Translations under genes and position numbers: made by a program
Shown: piece by piece, positions 13,597 to 26,800 of the stretch
Layout of the letters: each line of letters begins with the position of its first letter
Numbering within the stretch: position 1 is the stretch's first letter
Notes under the pieces: model-generated
Database searches by the model: none
What the model was told of the DNA's origin: nothing
The model's input: the letters and a program-made list of their open reading frames with translations, nothing else
From: Eledone cirrhosa
Lineage: Eukaryota
Direction: 5' to 3'
NCBI GenBank assembly: GCA_964016885.1
Contig: OZ024761.1
Location: forward strand, 7,688,001-7,752,000
Length of the DNA stretch: 64,000 nucleotides

Positions 13597-13724
13597 CTGA
13601 GGGAGTGTTCTGAAGATTTTGAGCGAGAAAATGACTTCCAGTGACTTCTGTCGGGAAAAGGGTCTGAGTATTGAAAGGCGTTCGATGTTGGATATATTGG
13701 TTCCAGCCGATAATAACCAGTTCC
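13597..13724 (-). CDS. KIF12: Possible kinesin tail exon: GTGYYRLEPIYPTSNAFQYSDPFPDRSHWKSFSRSKSSEHSLR
   Basis: AG|gtaacg donor; weak aataag acceptor; phase 0 to 2 keeps frame; 5' boundary uncertain. Confidence 0.5.
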
Positions 13725-13896
13725 CTTATTTCAACAAAACCAACAATCATTTACAGTAACACTAACACAGAGTGTATATATATGTTTGTGTGTATATACA
13801 TATATTTGTTGTGCAAAGTTTTTGAGATGAAATCGTGTGTTGAAACAAATATTGTTATATTTGGGGAGGGTCATATTGATATAATATTGCCAGAAA

Positions 13897-14341
13897 TCTA
13901 TATATCTAAAACAGAATGTCTGTCTGTCTGTCAGCTCACTAAAACTCGAGAACCACCCAACCGATTGTTTTCAAACTTTACACATGTAATACTTATGGTC
14001 CTGTGAGTGTTTTGAGCAAAAAAGAATTTCAAATTTTCAATGCCCTAGGGACCGCATTAGGCGATTTAGCGATCTCTCTATAATTCTTAGTCTTTCTTTT
14101 TAGATAGATACATAGATATAACGTTGCGCCCTTATAATATCTGTCTGTATGTCTGGCTGTCTGCATTACGACATTATGACGCTGTGTGTGTGTGTGTATA
14201 TATGTATAAATATGTATATATATAGTGTGTAACGTTTTTCGAAATATTTGCTTCTGCGCTCACAGATTGATTTTTTTTTAGTTTCAGAAGATCCCGTTAA
14301 GGGTGAAAGCAGCGATTCTTTGCTTAAACTTTAATCTGTTA

Positions 14342-14393
<52 letters not shown>

Positions 14394-14528
14394 TATATTC
14401 GTGTACAGACATTTTTGCATACACAATAACAAAATATAAACAAACGTATTTATTTCACGAGACTCGATAAGGATAAATATATAAGAACCCTAGAGCAAAT
14501 CCCAAGCAACGCCGGGCCATTCTGCTAG
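13897..14528 (+). mobile_element. Non-autonomous Helitron
   Basis: A|TCTATATATCTAAA 5' end, (GTCT)n, subterminal ccc..gcaacgccggg hairpin, CTAG|T 3' end. Confidence 0.75.
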
Positions 14529-14662
14529 TATATAATAAACCACACTCACTGTTTGGTTTGGGTTGGTTTTCGCTTCAGTATATTTTATATTTCTATAATT
14601 AATTCAGCTGGTAATCAATGTTTATCATTGATTGACCAACAGTTAAAAAAAAAATATATATA

Positions 14663-14717
14663 TATAGTCTCTCAGAGTTCTTTCGTCACACACCTGTGAC
14701 ATCATCAGTGATACTAT
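14663..14717 (-). ncRNA. Degenerate hammerhead motif
   Basis: CTGATGA tgtcaca-ggtg-tgtgac GAAA G-aact-C TG; cleavage triplet ends in G and stem I is mismatched, so probably inactive. Confidence 0.4.
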
Positions 14718-14865
14718 TATGTTTCCTCCCATTGTATTGCTGTAATGTTTTCTTATTGATTATAGATTAGTAACTCATTTAATTTGGATCAAATTTTCCA
14801 AATCAGTTATTAACAAACTATATATCTAATGGAGTATATATCTTAATATACCATCTGAAGTTTGT

Positions 14866-14997
14866 TTACCCTTTAGTTACCCTTTAGTTACCCTTTAGTT
14901 ACCCTTTAGTTACCCTTTAGTTACCCTTTAGTTACCTTTAGTTACCCTTTAGTTACCTTTAGTTACCTTTAGTTACCCTTTAGTTACCTTTAGTTAC
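14866..14997. repeat. 11-bp tandem repeat (gttacccttta)
   Basis: About 12 units. Confidence 0.9.
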
Positions 14998-15139
14998 CAA
15001 CCTGGCCAAAACCAAATCTGGTTCTATGAAATAAAGTCACCCATTTTAAAGGGTTCCAATTTTTAAATTCAAATCTCCTCCTTCTCCGCATCATCATCAT
15101 CATCTCCTCCTGCTGCTCCTCCTCCTCCTTTGCCCAATT

Positions 15140-15740
15140 ATTCCTGGGAAGGTGACAGGGCGGGGGCAGACTCCTCAAACACTCCTTTCCAGCGGGTCCT
15201 GTCAGAGGCAATTGTCTCCAACTGATCTGGCTGGATCCACAAACAAGACCAGCTGAGCTAATGGGCTGGGTGCTTTTTTTTTTGCCGTGGCACCTCCACA
15301 ACCACTTTGCAGTGGGAGGGTGTGGGGGAATATTGTCAATATGCTTCAGCTTCGGATTGCTCCTTGTTTTCTGTATAACTGCATGACCCCAGAGGTCACG
15401 GTCGTGTGTCATTGCACTTGAGAGGTGCAATTGGGTAAGGTCGGCCTTTATCACCTCATCCCAGGTCTTCTTGGGTCTCCCCACTCCGCGGCTTCCATCG
15501 ACTTCTAGTGCTCTGCATCTTTTTATGCAGCTGTCATCCTTCATATGCATCACATGTCCATACCAACGTAACCTCCTCTCCTGCACACAGAATTTGATTC
15601 CTCTTATGCTCAGTCTCAGCTGTTCGCGTATATTACTATTACACATCCATCGCAGCATGCAGGCTTCGTTTCTTTCTAATCTGCGCAAGTCTTCTACAGA
15701 CAACACCCAGGTTTCACTTCCATGTAACATTGCTGTTCTT
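15140..15740 (-). mobile_element. RTE LINE 3' fragment(s)
   Basis: AMLHGSETW..RRLRWYGHV..GRPKKTW. Confidence 0.85.
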
Positions 15741-15754
15741 ATATATATATATAC

Positions 15755-16107
15755 ATGAGGCAAGCATGCTCCGTTGTATGTGGAATGTCAATGTGCGTGA
15801 ACGACCCAGCATGGATGTGTTGAGAGAGAAACTGTGTCTGAGAGGGATAGAATGTAGTGTGCGAGAGAGGAGACTGCGGTGGTATGGACATGTAATGCAC
15901 ATGGAGGATGACCGATGGGTGAAGAAGTGCCAGGAAATGCCAGTTGAAGGAAGACGTGGTAGAGGTAGACCACGAAAAACATGGGCGGATGTGGTGAGAA
16001 CAGACCTCAGATCGCTGAAGCTCACGGTGGAGATGCTGTGCTGAATAAGACCCGTCTCACTCTTGCAAACAGGGAAAAGCGGACGTAAAATGATGATGAT
16101 GATGATG
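15755..16107 (+). mobile_element. RTE LINE 3' fragment with (GAT)n tail
   Basis: RRLRWYGHVMHMED..GRGRPRKTW; ends gggaaaagcggacgtaaaa(tga)n. Confidence 0.85.
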
Positions 16108-16469
16108 ATACACACACACATAATTATCGATTTTCATTCTAAAACTTTACTCTAGCTGTATTTAACAAGACAAGTAGAGTTACTTTCCTTACTCTATAAA
16201 CCTCCACCTATAATTATATCTATTCATAACCGCTTCATTTTAAAACGTTTCTATACTCTCGCCTCCCAAATAATAGGGCTGTGTGTGTATGTGAGAGTGG
16301 GGGGGGGGGAAGATCTGTAATTTTTCTAGGTTGTCTTCATTGATTTTTTTTTCAAAACCAGAATTAGTTGTTTAGTTTACATAGTGTGATCCCAATCCAT
16401 CCTATTTATTTTATATCATATGGTATTTCTTGCAATGTATTTTTTTTTGTCATTATAATGTTGGAAGAG

Positions 16470-16722
16470 GCTATGTAGCCGGTAAGAGTGTCAGACACCA
16501 TGAGTTGCGGCTCGAGTTAAGACAATTTGAACTCTTTTCCACCATCAATTGTTAAAAAACAAGTTAAAATCATTTAGTCATCCATTTGTAACGTACGTTA
16601 CACTTTAGTTACATACACACATCTACACGTAAATACATTAACAGATACAACAGAAGGAAGGAGCTGGTGAAACGCTATAGCGATGTTAGTTGCGTCCCTT
16701 TAGGGTTTACTGGCTACATAGC
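16470..16722. mobile_element. MITE with GCTATGTAGCC(G/A)GTAA terminal inverted repeats
   Basis: ~16-bp TIR; longer inverted relative at 6048-6572. Confidence 0.65.
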
Positions 16723-17054
16723 CTATTCGTAATGTTTTTTAATGTATAAATAAAATTAATTGTCGCAGGAATGCTACCATATAAAAATAGAATTTAATAA
16801 GTGGGAACAGGGTAGAGTGGTTGGGGATTTTGAAAAAATCTGAAAAATTAATAAGCAACGGTGAGGTGGGGGGGTACAATTATTCAAGACTCAAGAGTAC
16901 ATCATTTTATATTTCAAATTAAAATTAAAACTTGCTGTCTTCAACTTGGTTTTCATACCAACCCTTACCTATGGTCATCAATCTTGCGTAATGGCCGAAA
17001 AAATATGATTGTGAATACAAAGTGTCTCTGGAGAAATGTTACTCGATAAAGTGT

Positions 17055-17910
17055 GTAACTCGGAGATCAGAGAGTCACTCTAGGTAGAGCTCTGATACTA
17101 TGGATATGTGGTTAGAATGTCTGAGGAAAGAATCGCTGGACAGATTTGTAGCTCGGAGATCAGAGAGTCACTCCAGGTAGAGCAGTGACTTCTCCAAATT
17201 GAGAGATCACAGCTCTAATACTATGGACATGTGGTTAGAATGTCTGAGGAAAGAATCCATGGACAGATTTGTAGCTCGGAAATCAGAGAGTCACTCCAGG
17301 TAGAGCAGTGACTTCTCCAAATTGAGAGATCACAGCTCTAATACTATGGACATGTGGTTAGAATGTCTGAGGAAAGAATCGCTGGACAGATTTGTAGCTC
17401 GGAGATCAGAGAGTCACTCCAGGTAGAGCAGTGACTTCTCCAAATTGAGAGATCACAGCTCTAATACTATGGACATGTGGTTAGAATGTCTGAGGAAAGA
17501 ATCCATGGACAGATTTGTAGCTCGGAAATCAGAGAGTCACTCCAGGTAGAGCAGTGACTTCTACGAATAGAGAGATCACAGCTCCGATACTATGGACATG
17601 TGGTTAGAATGTCTCAGGAAAGAATCCCTGGACAGATTTGTAGCTTGGAAATCAGAGAGTCACTCCAGGTAGAGCTGCTACTTCTTCGAATTGAGAGATC
17701 ACAGCCCCGATACTATGGGTATGTGGTTAGAATGTCTCAGGAAAGAATCGCTAGATAGATTTTATGGGCGAAACCAACTGGCAAGAGACCCAGGGGTAGT
17801 CCCCGAGCAAGATGGTTGGATAACATCCATGAGCTTGGCTGGTCTCACTTGGAATCAGTTGGAGATGGATGCTGCTGACAGGGCCCGCTGGAAGGAGTGT
17901 TTGAGGACCA
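17055..17910 (+). repeat. 123-bp tandem array derived from an RTE RT C-terminus, followed by LINE remainder
   Basis: About 5.5 units; homologous to the single-copy RTE at 47095-47420. Confidence 0.85.
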
Positions 17911-18121
17911 ATGGAAATATTATTTCCTTGGTCTGATTTGATGAGTTACACCCCACTAGGTAAACGAATGAGGGTTGGGATTTTTTCAATGGATTTCTTA
18001 TGATACACAGTTGTGTATCATAAAACCAGGGTGGTTTTAGGTGGGGTTGGTATCAACAGAGTTAAAATAAACACCTTTGTATTGTAGGTCAGGGTTAAAA
18101 CTTAATTAAGCTATTATTTAC

Positions 18122-18248
18122 CTGTTGAAGGTTGGTTGTTTTGATTTTGTATCCAGGCTTGGGTCCCTCATTAGCGTTTGTGTGATGTGTAGAGGCTTGA
18201 TATGGGATTCTGTCTTTTAGACTTCCATAGATAGATGCTGCGATCATT
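18122..18248 (-). CDS. KIF12: Probable kinesin tail exon: MIAASIYGSLKDRIPYQAST...KTTNLQQ
   Basis: Strong pyrimidine acceptor (cttttctctctag), CAG|gtaaat donor; phase 2 to 0 matches upstream exon; no motif support. Confidence 0.65.
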
Positions 18249-18425
18249 CTAGAGAGAAAAGAGGACAGAATTGAATAGTTATGTGTAATGTGTATCTTCC
18301 CGTGTAGTAGTGTTATGTGTAATGTTTGTATATATCTTTCTGTGTAGTAGTATTGTGTGTAATGTGTATCAATATCTTCCCGTGTAGTTGTGTTATGTGT
18401 TGTTCTTCTTTTTGGCATGTCCCCA

Positions 18426-19220
18426 AGAGTGTCAGTTACAAAGCTTGGCTAGATGTGGTTCCACCACAGCTGAACACATTGCTGTCCTTTTGTCCCCTAG
18501 AGTGTCAGTTACAAAGCTTGGCTAGATGTGGTTCTGTCACAGCTGAACACATTGCTGTCCTTTTGTCCCCTAGAGTGTCAGTTACAAAGCTTGGCTAGAT
18601 GTGGTTCCACCACAGCTGAACACATTGCTGTCCTTTTGTCCCCTAGAGTGTCAGTTACAAAGCTTGGCTAGATGTGGTTCTGTCACAGCTGAACACATTG
18701 CTGTCCTTTTGTCCCCTAGAGTGTCAGTTACAAAGCTTGGCTAGATGTGGTTCCACCACAGCTGAACACATTGCTGTCCTTTTGTCCCCTAGAGTGTCAG
18801 TTACAAAGCTTGGCTAGATGTGGTTCTGTCACAGCTGAACACATTGCTGTCCTTTTGTCCCCTAGAGTGTCAGTTACAAAGCTTGGCTAGATGTGGTTCC
18901 ACCACAGCTGAACATATTGCTGTCCTTTTGTCCCCTAGAGTGTCAGTTACAAAGCTTGGCTAGATGTGGTTCTGTCACAGCTGAACACATTGCTGTCCTT
19001 TTGTCCCCTAGAGTGTCAGTTACAAAGCTTGGCTAGATGTGGTTCCACCACAGCTGAACACATTGCTGTCCTTTTGTCCCCTAGAGTGTCAGTTACAAAG
19101 CTTGGCTAGATGTGGTTCCACCACAGCTGAACACATTGCTGTCCTTTTGTCCCCTAGAGTGTCAGTTACAAAGCTTGGCTAGATGTGGTTCCACCACAGC
19201 TGAACACATTGCTGTCCTTT
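18426..19220. repeat. 73-bp tandem array (about 11 units) from a LINE 3' end
   Basis: Period 73; continues into a minus-strand LINE C-terminus at 19220-19530 (WKCLNRLRSGVG..KWGY..CDCG). Confidence 0.85.
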
Positions 19221-20182
19221 CTCATTAAACTCTGCCAAGTCCAATGCTGTGCAGGGGTGTTCCAGCAGGGGTCATATCAGGAGGTGCTGCGTAGTCAGTG
19301 GTTTGATGCCGCAGTCACACACAACGTCCCTATCCTTTAAATATCCCCATTTTGCAAGAGTGACTTCTGCATGTCCAACACCAGATCTTAGTCTGTTTAG
19401 ACATTTCCACACTGCATAGTTTGTATCTGCTCCAGGGGGGCAGTGCCTCACTTGCCTTTAGCTCCATTGTTGTTACAGATGTGAAGTTATTAAGTTTTTC
19501 TTCCCAGCGAGTGACTCTTTCCCTACTTATGCTTGATGTATCAATATCTTCCCGTGTAGTAGTGTTATGTGTAGTGTATTATAGAGATATATGTCTCTAT
19601 ATTTCTGTGTAGTAGTATTGTGTGTAATGTGTAGCTATATATTTCCATGTAGTAGTATCGTGTGAATTGTGTGTTTACATCTTTATGTGTAATGTGTGTC
19701 AATATCCTTCTGTGTAGTATTATTGTCTTACTGTTTGTGATGGTCAACACAGTTGATTTGACAGATATATATATATATATCTTATATTTTACCTTATTCT
19801 TACTTTTATACCTTGTTATAGTGTAATCTTCCCCATGCCTTATTATACATTATTAACTATAGATTATTATTACTCTTATTCCATTTCTAATTACCTCATG
19901 TACTTTCTCCTCCATTATACATATATTGTATGCCCTTTGTGTGTGTGTAGCCTCTGCACACCTTCTGCACCCTACTATCGATGCCACCCCATCTATGGCT
20001 CCGCTAACCACTCGACTCCCGGGAATGAATATGACCGCAGCTAGTAAACAAGGACCCACACCCCACCCTCCTGCGCCAAAATTAGACTTATTGTCCCCTG
20101 CTTTTGCTCTTTACTCTCTTTACTCTTTGTTCTTGAATGTTTGGTTGGTAGAGTCCATAACACCAATCAAACCCCCTTTATA

Positions 20183-20227
20183 GCTCTGAAGAATCCTACG
20201 GTTACGTAAGGAAGAAACATTGTAAGC
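20183..20227 (+). ncRNA. Minimal type-I hammerhead ribozyme
   Basis: gct CTGAAGA atcctacg-gtta-cgtaaggaa GAAA C-att-G TA agc, followed by AATAAA. Confidence 0.65.
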
Positions 20228-20294
20228 CAATAAAAATTTTTTGATGTTGTAGACGCTCTTGTGTTCTTTATCATATATATATCTATATATTATA

Positions 20295-21058
20295 TGGTGG
20301 ACTCTCCCGTCGATATCCGACATATGAGTGTCCAACAAAAGTTCAGCTCTCAGGAGGGCAGTGTCTCATGCGACATTTCAATCCCACCAGTGATCCACAG
20401 ACCAAGCCACATAGGTCGCAAGAGCAAGAGTTTATGGAGAATCTTGCAGGTCTCAAGGCCTGTTCCTTCATCCCTGTTCGATCATCCCTGTTCGATCCAA
20501 ATGCAATGTCTCTCTGCCACTGGATTCAAAGCTCTTGATCGCACTACGGCACCTTTCTCTCCAGACCTTTCTGTCAGCAGCAATTTGTTCACAATCACGG
20601 AAAGGGATTGCAAGAGCAGTGAGATTTGATTTCAACTTATCCTTATATCAAAGCCATGGTCTACCAACCTACCTGTTGCCACTGCTAAACTGACCATACA
20701 AGAGGACTTTTGGAATTCTGTCGTCACTCATGCAGATCACGTGGCCAGCCCAATGAAGCTGAGATTGCATAAGGAGGAAAGTTTCAACTCTCCCAATGTT
20801 GCATTTGGTGAGGATGTCGGCGTTGGAGATTTTATCTTCTCGCCCATGACCACAGATGGATCTCAAACATGTCCTGAGGAACATATCCAGCTGGTTTATG
20901 TGTGACCGGCATGGTGTCTAGGATTCTGATTCATAAAGCAAAATGGTGAGAACAACTGCCTTTTGCACTTTTGTATTTAGTTTTACACCCTTTTCATTCC
21001 AAAGACGATGATTGAGTTTACCAATTGCAGAGGAAGATTTGGAGATGCGGTTGGTGCA
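20295..21058 (-). mobile_element. RTE (BovB-like) LINE fragment
   Basis: VVLTILLYESES, SQLHWAGHVICMSDDRIPKVLLYGQ. Confidence 0.75.
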
Positions 21059-21443
21059 TATATATATGTACACACATATATATATATATATATATATGGA
21101 GGCACATGGCTTAGTGGTTAGAGCATTGTGATTGCAATCGAAAGGTTGTGAGTTCAATTCTCAGACCGGGTGATGTGTTATTTCCTTGAGCAAGACACTT
21201 TATTTTGACATTGCTCCAGTTTACTCAGCTGTAGAAATGAGATGATAGGGACTGGGGTCTCTATCATTCCACTGTAAAGTGGTCGTGGAGGTGCCACGGC
21301 AAAAAAGCACCCAGCACTCACTGTAAATGAGGTTGGTGTTAGGAAGGGCATCCAGCTGTAGAAATCAAGCCACAATCAGTTCCCGTCCCACGGGAAGCAG
21401 GGAAAAGCGGACGTAAAATGAAATGATGAAATGATGATGATGA

Positions 21444-21483
<40 letters not shown>

Positions 21484-22333
21484 ATTTACATATAAAGATT
21501 TACATATACATAAACTAGACAAAGTCATGGATATATATATGTGTTTTTGGCGACCATTCACAATGTGGCACAATGATGAATTAATTAATTAAATAATCAA
21601 CAATCAGAGCAATATACGATAAAGTATGTCCATAGAATCATTAGATAATATATATACACCATTTCCTCTCCCAATCAGCATAATCAACCACACAAAAAAA
21701 CCAATTAAACAGGGCTATAAGATTAAAAGGCACCTATGAAGAAACAATAGATAAATAAACGATAGCTATCTCTCCGCGATCAACAGCCATAGAATATTTA
21801 CCCAGCATTTCTAATAGCACGTTGAAATCGATTAGATATATCGTCAACCATACACAATTAGGTACAAAATCAAAGTTAGAAGAAAAAATGTGTATAAGCA
21901 TACCAAAATTATGTTTCTACCCCATGAGGTTTCATTCGCTTTTTGGAAATATCCAATCAAGGATAAATTCACGAGTTTCGAAATCATCAGGAAACAAACT
22001 CAATTGGACGAAGATTTTTCTTAAATGATCCCTGCCAGAAACGAATTCAAAATGGCTAAGAACTGTGGCGTAGCTAGTGGTCAAGTCAGAAAGAATGTGA
22101 TTGGTGCCTTACGGCGAGTGTTTCTTCATAGGTGCCTTTTAATCTTATAGCCCTGTTTAATTGGTTTTTTGTGTGGTTGATTATGCTGATTGGGAGAGGA
22201 AATAATGTATATATTTTATCAAATGATTCTATGGACATACTTTATCGTATATATATATATGTGTGCACATATATATATATGTATATATATATGTACATAT
22301 ATATATGTATATATATATGTATATATATATATA

Positions 22334-23845
22334 TCATCATCATCATCATCGTTTAAGGTCTATCTTCCACGCTAGCATGGGTTAGACGGGAGTTGTCGCA
22401 ATTTGAGGCAAGGTTGGTCGGGTGACCGTGTCTCACTCGTATAGGACTATCTGGCAGGTTTTCTACGGCTGGATGCCCTTCCTAACACCAACCACATTTA
22501 CAGTGTGGACTGGGAACTTTTTACCGTGTTACCTACACGACCACATTACAGCGTGGACTGTGTGTTTATTTTGTCGTGACACCTACACGATCTCGATCTC
22601 ATTATCTCTTAGTTTGGACTGGATGTTGTGGTACCAACTTTACAGAGTAAGGGTGGTGTTGGTGGGAGTGGGAGGATGGAGTAGGGGTAGTGGGTTGGGA
22701 CGTATATTTGGTTAAGAGGTGACTGTAGGTTTCGCTTTGTACATAGGCAAGACATGTCTTCTGTATTACTGCGTGGCGCCAAAGATCTCGGTCCAGTGAT
22801 ATTGTCTCAGAGAGGTGTAAGTGTGTAAGGTCGGAGTTTATCAAATCATCCCAGGTTTTTCTGGGTCTACCTACTCCGTAACTTCCATCAATTTTGATCG
22901 CCCTACACTTTTATATACAGCTGTCATCTTTCATGCGCATCACGTAACCATACCAATGTAGTCTTCTCTCAAGTAAACAGCATCTGATCCCTCTTATTCC
23001 TAATTTCTCACTTAGTTCATTTATGTTTTGCTGTTCGCATATATTACTATTACACATCCAATGGAGCATGCATGCTTTGTTCCTTTCCAGTCAGCGCAGG
23101 TTCTCTGCACACAATGCCCATGTCTCACTGCCATGTAACATTGCTGTTCGTATACAGGCATCATACAATCTGCCTTTCATTTTTAGAGAGAAACCTTTTG
23201 TAGCCAACAGCGGTATAAGCTCTCTGAACTTTTTCCATCCCGTTCTGACTCTGGCTACTGTACTTTCAGAGCACCCTCCACCACTACTGATCTTGTCACC
23301 CAGGTAACGGAAAGTGTCCACTATTTCTATAGAACCATCTGGGCAATAGAAGGAGCTAGTATCCTGTAGGCACTTGCTACTTATTGCACCTGAGCATCGG
23401 CCACATATAAAATCTACATTCTTAGATAGCTTACCTGTGATCCCGCTACATCTTTTATGTACCCATAGTTTGCATTTGGGACATAAAATGGAATTTCTAC
23501 CTACTCTTTTCCTACACACTGAGCATGGCCATTTCCCAGAAGGCACCTGTGCCCTATTTTCCTTTCTATAAACTAGAACTTTAGTCTTAGATAAGTTAAC
23601 TTTAAGGCCTTTTGATTCTAGGCCATGCTTCCATGTTTGGAATTTCTTCTCTAGTTCGGCCATAGATTCATCTATGAGAGTTAGATCATCTGTGTATAGA
23701 AGTTCCCATGGGCAGCCGGTCTTAAACTCCTCTGTTATAGCCTGAAATGCAATAATATACAGGAGGGGGCTAAGGACAGAGCCTCGGTGAACACCAACTT
23801 TTACACTAAATTATTCACTATCTTCATTGTTAATTCTAACCTAAC
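22334..23845 (-). mobile_element. RTE LINE with Cys-rich (PHD-like) insert, long 3' UTR and (GAT)n tail
   Basis: GVHRGSVLSPLL, ELLYTDDL, CSVC..CPKC..WVHKRC..CGRC, FRYLG, AMLHGSETW. Confidence 0.88.
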
Positions 23846-26800
23846 CAATACAGATTACTAAATGCCAATAGCCGAAGAGTGGTGTGCTCAATGCATTGGG
23901 TTTGCAGAGTTCAATATTAGAGGAGATTTAATATCCAGCGACAATTCAAGCAGAGCAGGAATAAGCAAATGAATGGAGTTACAAGCCGTTAAAACAAGTT
24001 CTTACACATGTTTCGCCCACATGGGCTCTTTGGAGAGATAATTGTTTATATAATGACATCAATAAGTATAAATACTGTTGAGAATCATTTCATCAGTTTC
24101 ACATCTCCCTACATTATAAGCGAAAAAATGTAAACAATGGCGTCAGTGAAAGGGGCTAAATCCACTAGGGGAGGTAACTGTATGGGGCTGGGCTGTAAAT
24201 TACCCTAAAATTTGTTTTATCTTATCCCAGCTAGGGGGATGGTTTAGCAGGGTGAGCCTAACTCGATAGGTGATGGGGAGTGCCTTGGTAGAAATCCAAT
24301 GGTTGGTTGATAGTCTCATTAGACACTGCACTTTGGCCTACCTATTGCAGGTGGTCTAAGTGGTGGTGTAATGCAGAAAGCTGTGGGGATAGGATATTAT
24401 TCTGGTTCTGGAGACCACCTGTAGAACGAGTGCTGCAGTCTGTGGTCACAATTGATGACCATTTCAACCCGAATATTAATGAGTTCCTGGGGTGTGTTCA
24501 CTATATTTCCATTAAGCAGAGCAATTTTTCCTAAAGTTATATGGGGTTGCTTGATCAACTATTCACCATTGTGTGGTGTAGCTAATGTTAGATTCAGTTA
24601 ATAGCGTACTATAATTAGCGAGGGAGGTAGAGAATCTGAGCTTCTTATTTCTAAAAGAGTGGAGACGCGATCTAAATCTACTTTTGAACTCATTATATGT
24701 AGCTCCTATGTATGTACTCGTCATGGTGCATTTGTAGATTACGTTTTTAATCAAGCAGTGGACAGTTGGGGGTTTCGGCAATTGCAATGCTTTTTGTTGC
24801 TATTTCTAAAGTGGTGAGGTCCGTTGCTATTATTACTACTATCATTACCACCATCACCATTGTTACTTGCGAGATGGTGCTATTTCTGTTGTTCCTATTA
24901 TGGCCCCTTCCACAGCTATTGTTATCGCTGCTATGGTTCCTAACCTGGTTGCCAGCTCCACTATTAGTGCTGCAGTTAGCCTCTATGATGTTGATATTGT
25001 TGACGTTATTGTTAATACTATGGTTATTACCCTGGTTTCTATTATTGCTATTATGGCTACCTGTGTTGTTATGGTTATTAGGGTGGCCATACGTTCCAAT
25101 GTTGGCATTACAGGATGGCTTTATTCTAGTGAGCTTTCTGTGGTTATTAAGTGCTATGAGATCAGCTAAGTTAGGTGTAGTAGAGTAAGAGATTTTGACA
25201 TTATTCTTGTTGAGGATCTTGTGGTATCTATGGTTAAGTGGGAAGTTCCTCTCTAAAGCATCAAAGAAGATTCTGGGTATGTTTGAGGCTATACTCCTAG
25301 AGTAGGGGGAAGGAACCATATGACATTACGCCGGCGTTTCCGTGTCACCGTTGGGCTGGTGTGGTCGTTTAAGCCCTGGTGGGTGTTTCTACGGTGGCAG
25401 TTGGACTACTGCCTGTTGTGCGCTCTGTTCCTATTAGTCCCATGTGTTAACCTACCCCTTGATGGGCCGACCTGGGTTGCCCTATGCTTGGTGGTAGGTG
25501 TTGATAAGATATTGTCTCCATTGTTAACCCTGTATGCGGGGAATTTATCTAGTAAGCTATTTCTAGTTATATTGTCTAAATTAGATTGGCACCGGTTTAG
25601 GGATCTACGTGGCCCACCACCATTGTTGCTGTGATGTTGGTTCGACCTGTATATTTTCCATTAACAAGTCCACTGCCGCAGTGGTTATTGGTGTGCCACG
25701 CCATTACACTGGTCCTATGGGAGGGGGACCTAGTAGAACCAGTGTTCTGGATGTAAGAAATCCTACTGCTTTACCCAGATTCAGCCAGTGCTTTGTTGTA
25801 GTAGTCAGCAGTTTGGTCGAAAAGGTCCTCGTTGGCCGAAAGCCTCGAGATACTGTGCGAGATGCTACTCACTATAGAGTTAAGTGTAGATTTGGGGTGG
25901 TTAGATGCTTTGTTGATGTAAGACAGAACGTCACCTGGCTTGCGGTACGGCCTGTATAGGCCAGTATCTAATTCTAATGTTACATCCAAGAAGTTAACTA
26001 CTTTATGGTTGTGGTCTATTGTAACTGAGAGGCCATATGTTTTAAAGAAGTTATGTATATGCTTATTGAGGTTTTCTATCCTACGGGGGTTGGGATTCCT
26101 TACAGTAAATAGGGCGTTGTCTTTATATACATCTCCTTGTAGTGTGGGGATCTCTTCCCTGAGCTTATGCAGGAGGTATATACCAACCAGGTCAGTTATC
26201 TATGCAGAGTCACTAGACCCCATCGTGATATCAAAATTATCAGGACGGTTGGCTCTGGTCCAGTATGAGCCTTTGAAGTGTATGACGGTTCATCTAGTTG
26301 CTAGTACTATGTCTATTTCTTTTTTAGTGAAACTAGTATTAGACCTAGCTAAGATGAGGACCTTATTTAGGAGTATAGGGGAGATAGAGGCTTAGTAATT
26401 ATCTATGTCGAATTGAATACATTTTAATTGATCCTTATCTCGTATATTTGTGAATCATTTGATGACCTGGTCAGTATTGTTCCAAAGAAGAATCTTAGCC
26501 TTATTTTTTAGCACAGGTATTATTCTATCGAGGATCACTTTGATAATTCTACCTATATCAGAAGTGGAGGGCCATATTAATCTAACAGAGGGGTTTTCAT
26601 TAAAGTTGCTTTTGTGATCCTTAAGGGAGAATTTTGGTGTCATAGGTACGTATGGGTCTGTGTATTTATCAATATCTAAGCTAGTTACAATGCTCTTACC
26701 TAATCTGTTTATGTTGTTGAGTGTGTTACTGGGTGTTTTTTTGTAATTTTTGCTGAGCTTATTTGAGATGAAGTGCCTATATCTACTTATATCTAACTTA

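Noticed and set aside
14866-14997. Telomere-like repeat
   Set aside because: Unit is 11 bp (TAAAGGGTAAC), not TTAGGG; it resembles the local piggyBac-like MITE terminus
24766-26395. Plus-strand hydrophobic ORFs
   Set aside because: Antisense shadows of the Penelope-like ORF
24400-26400. Selenocysteine recoding as reported for some Naiad elements
   Set aside because: Visible zinc-ligand Cys codons are TGC/TGT; in-frame stops look like ordinary decay; no SECIS identified
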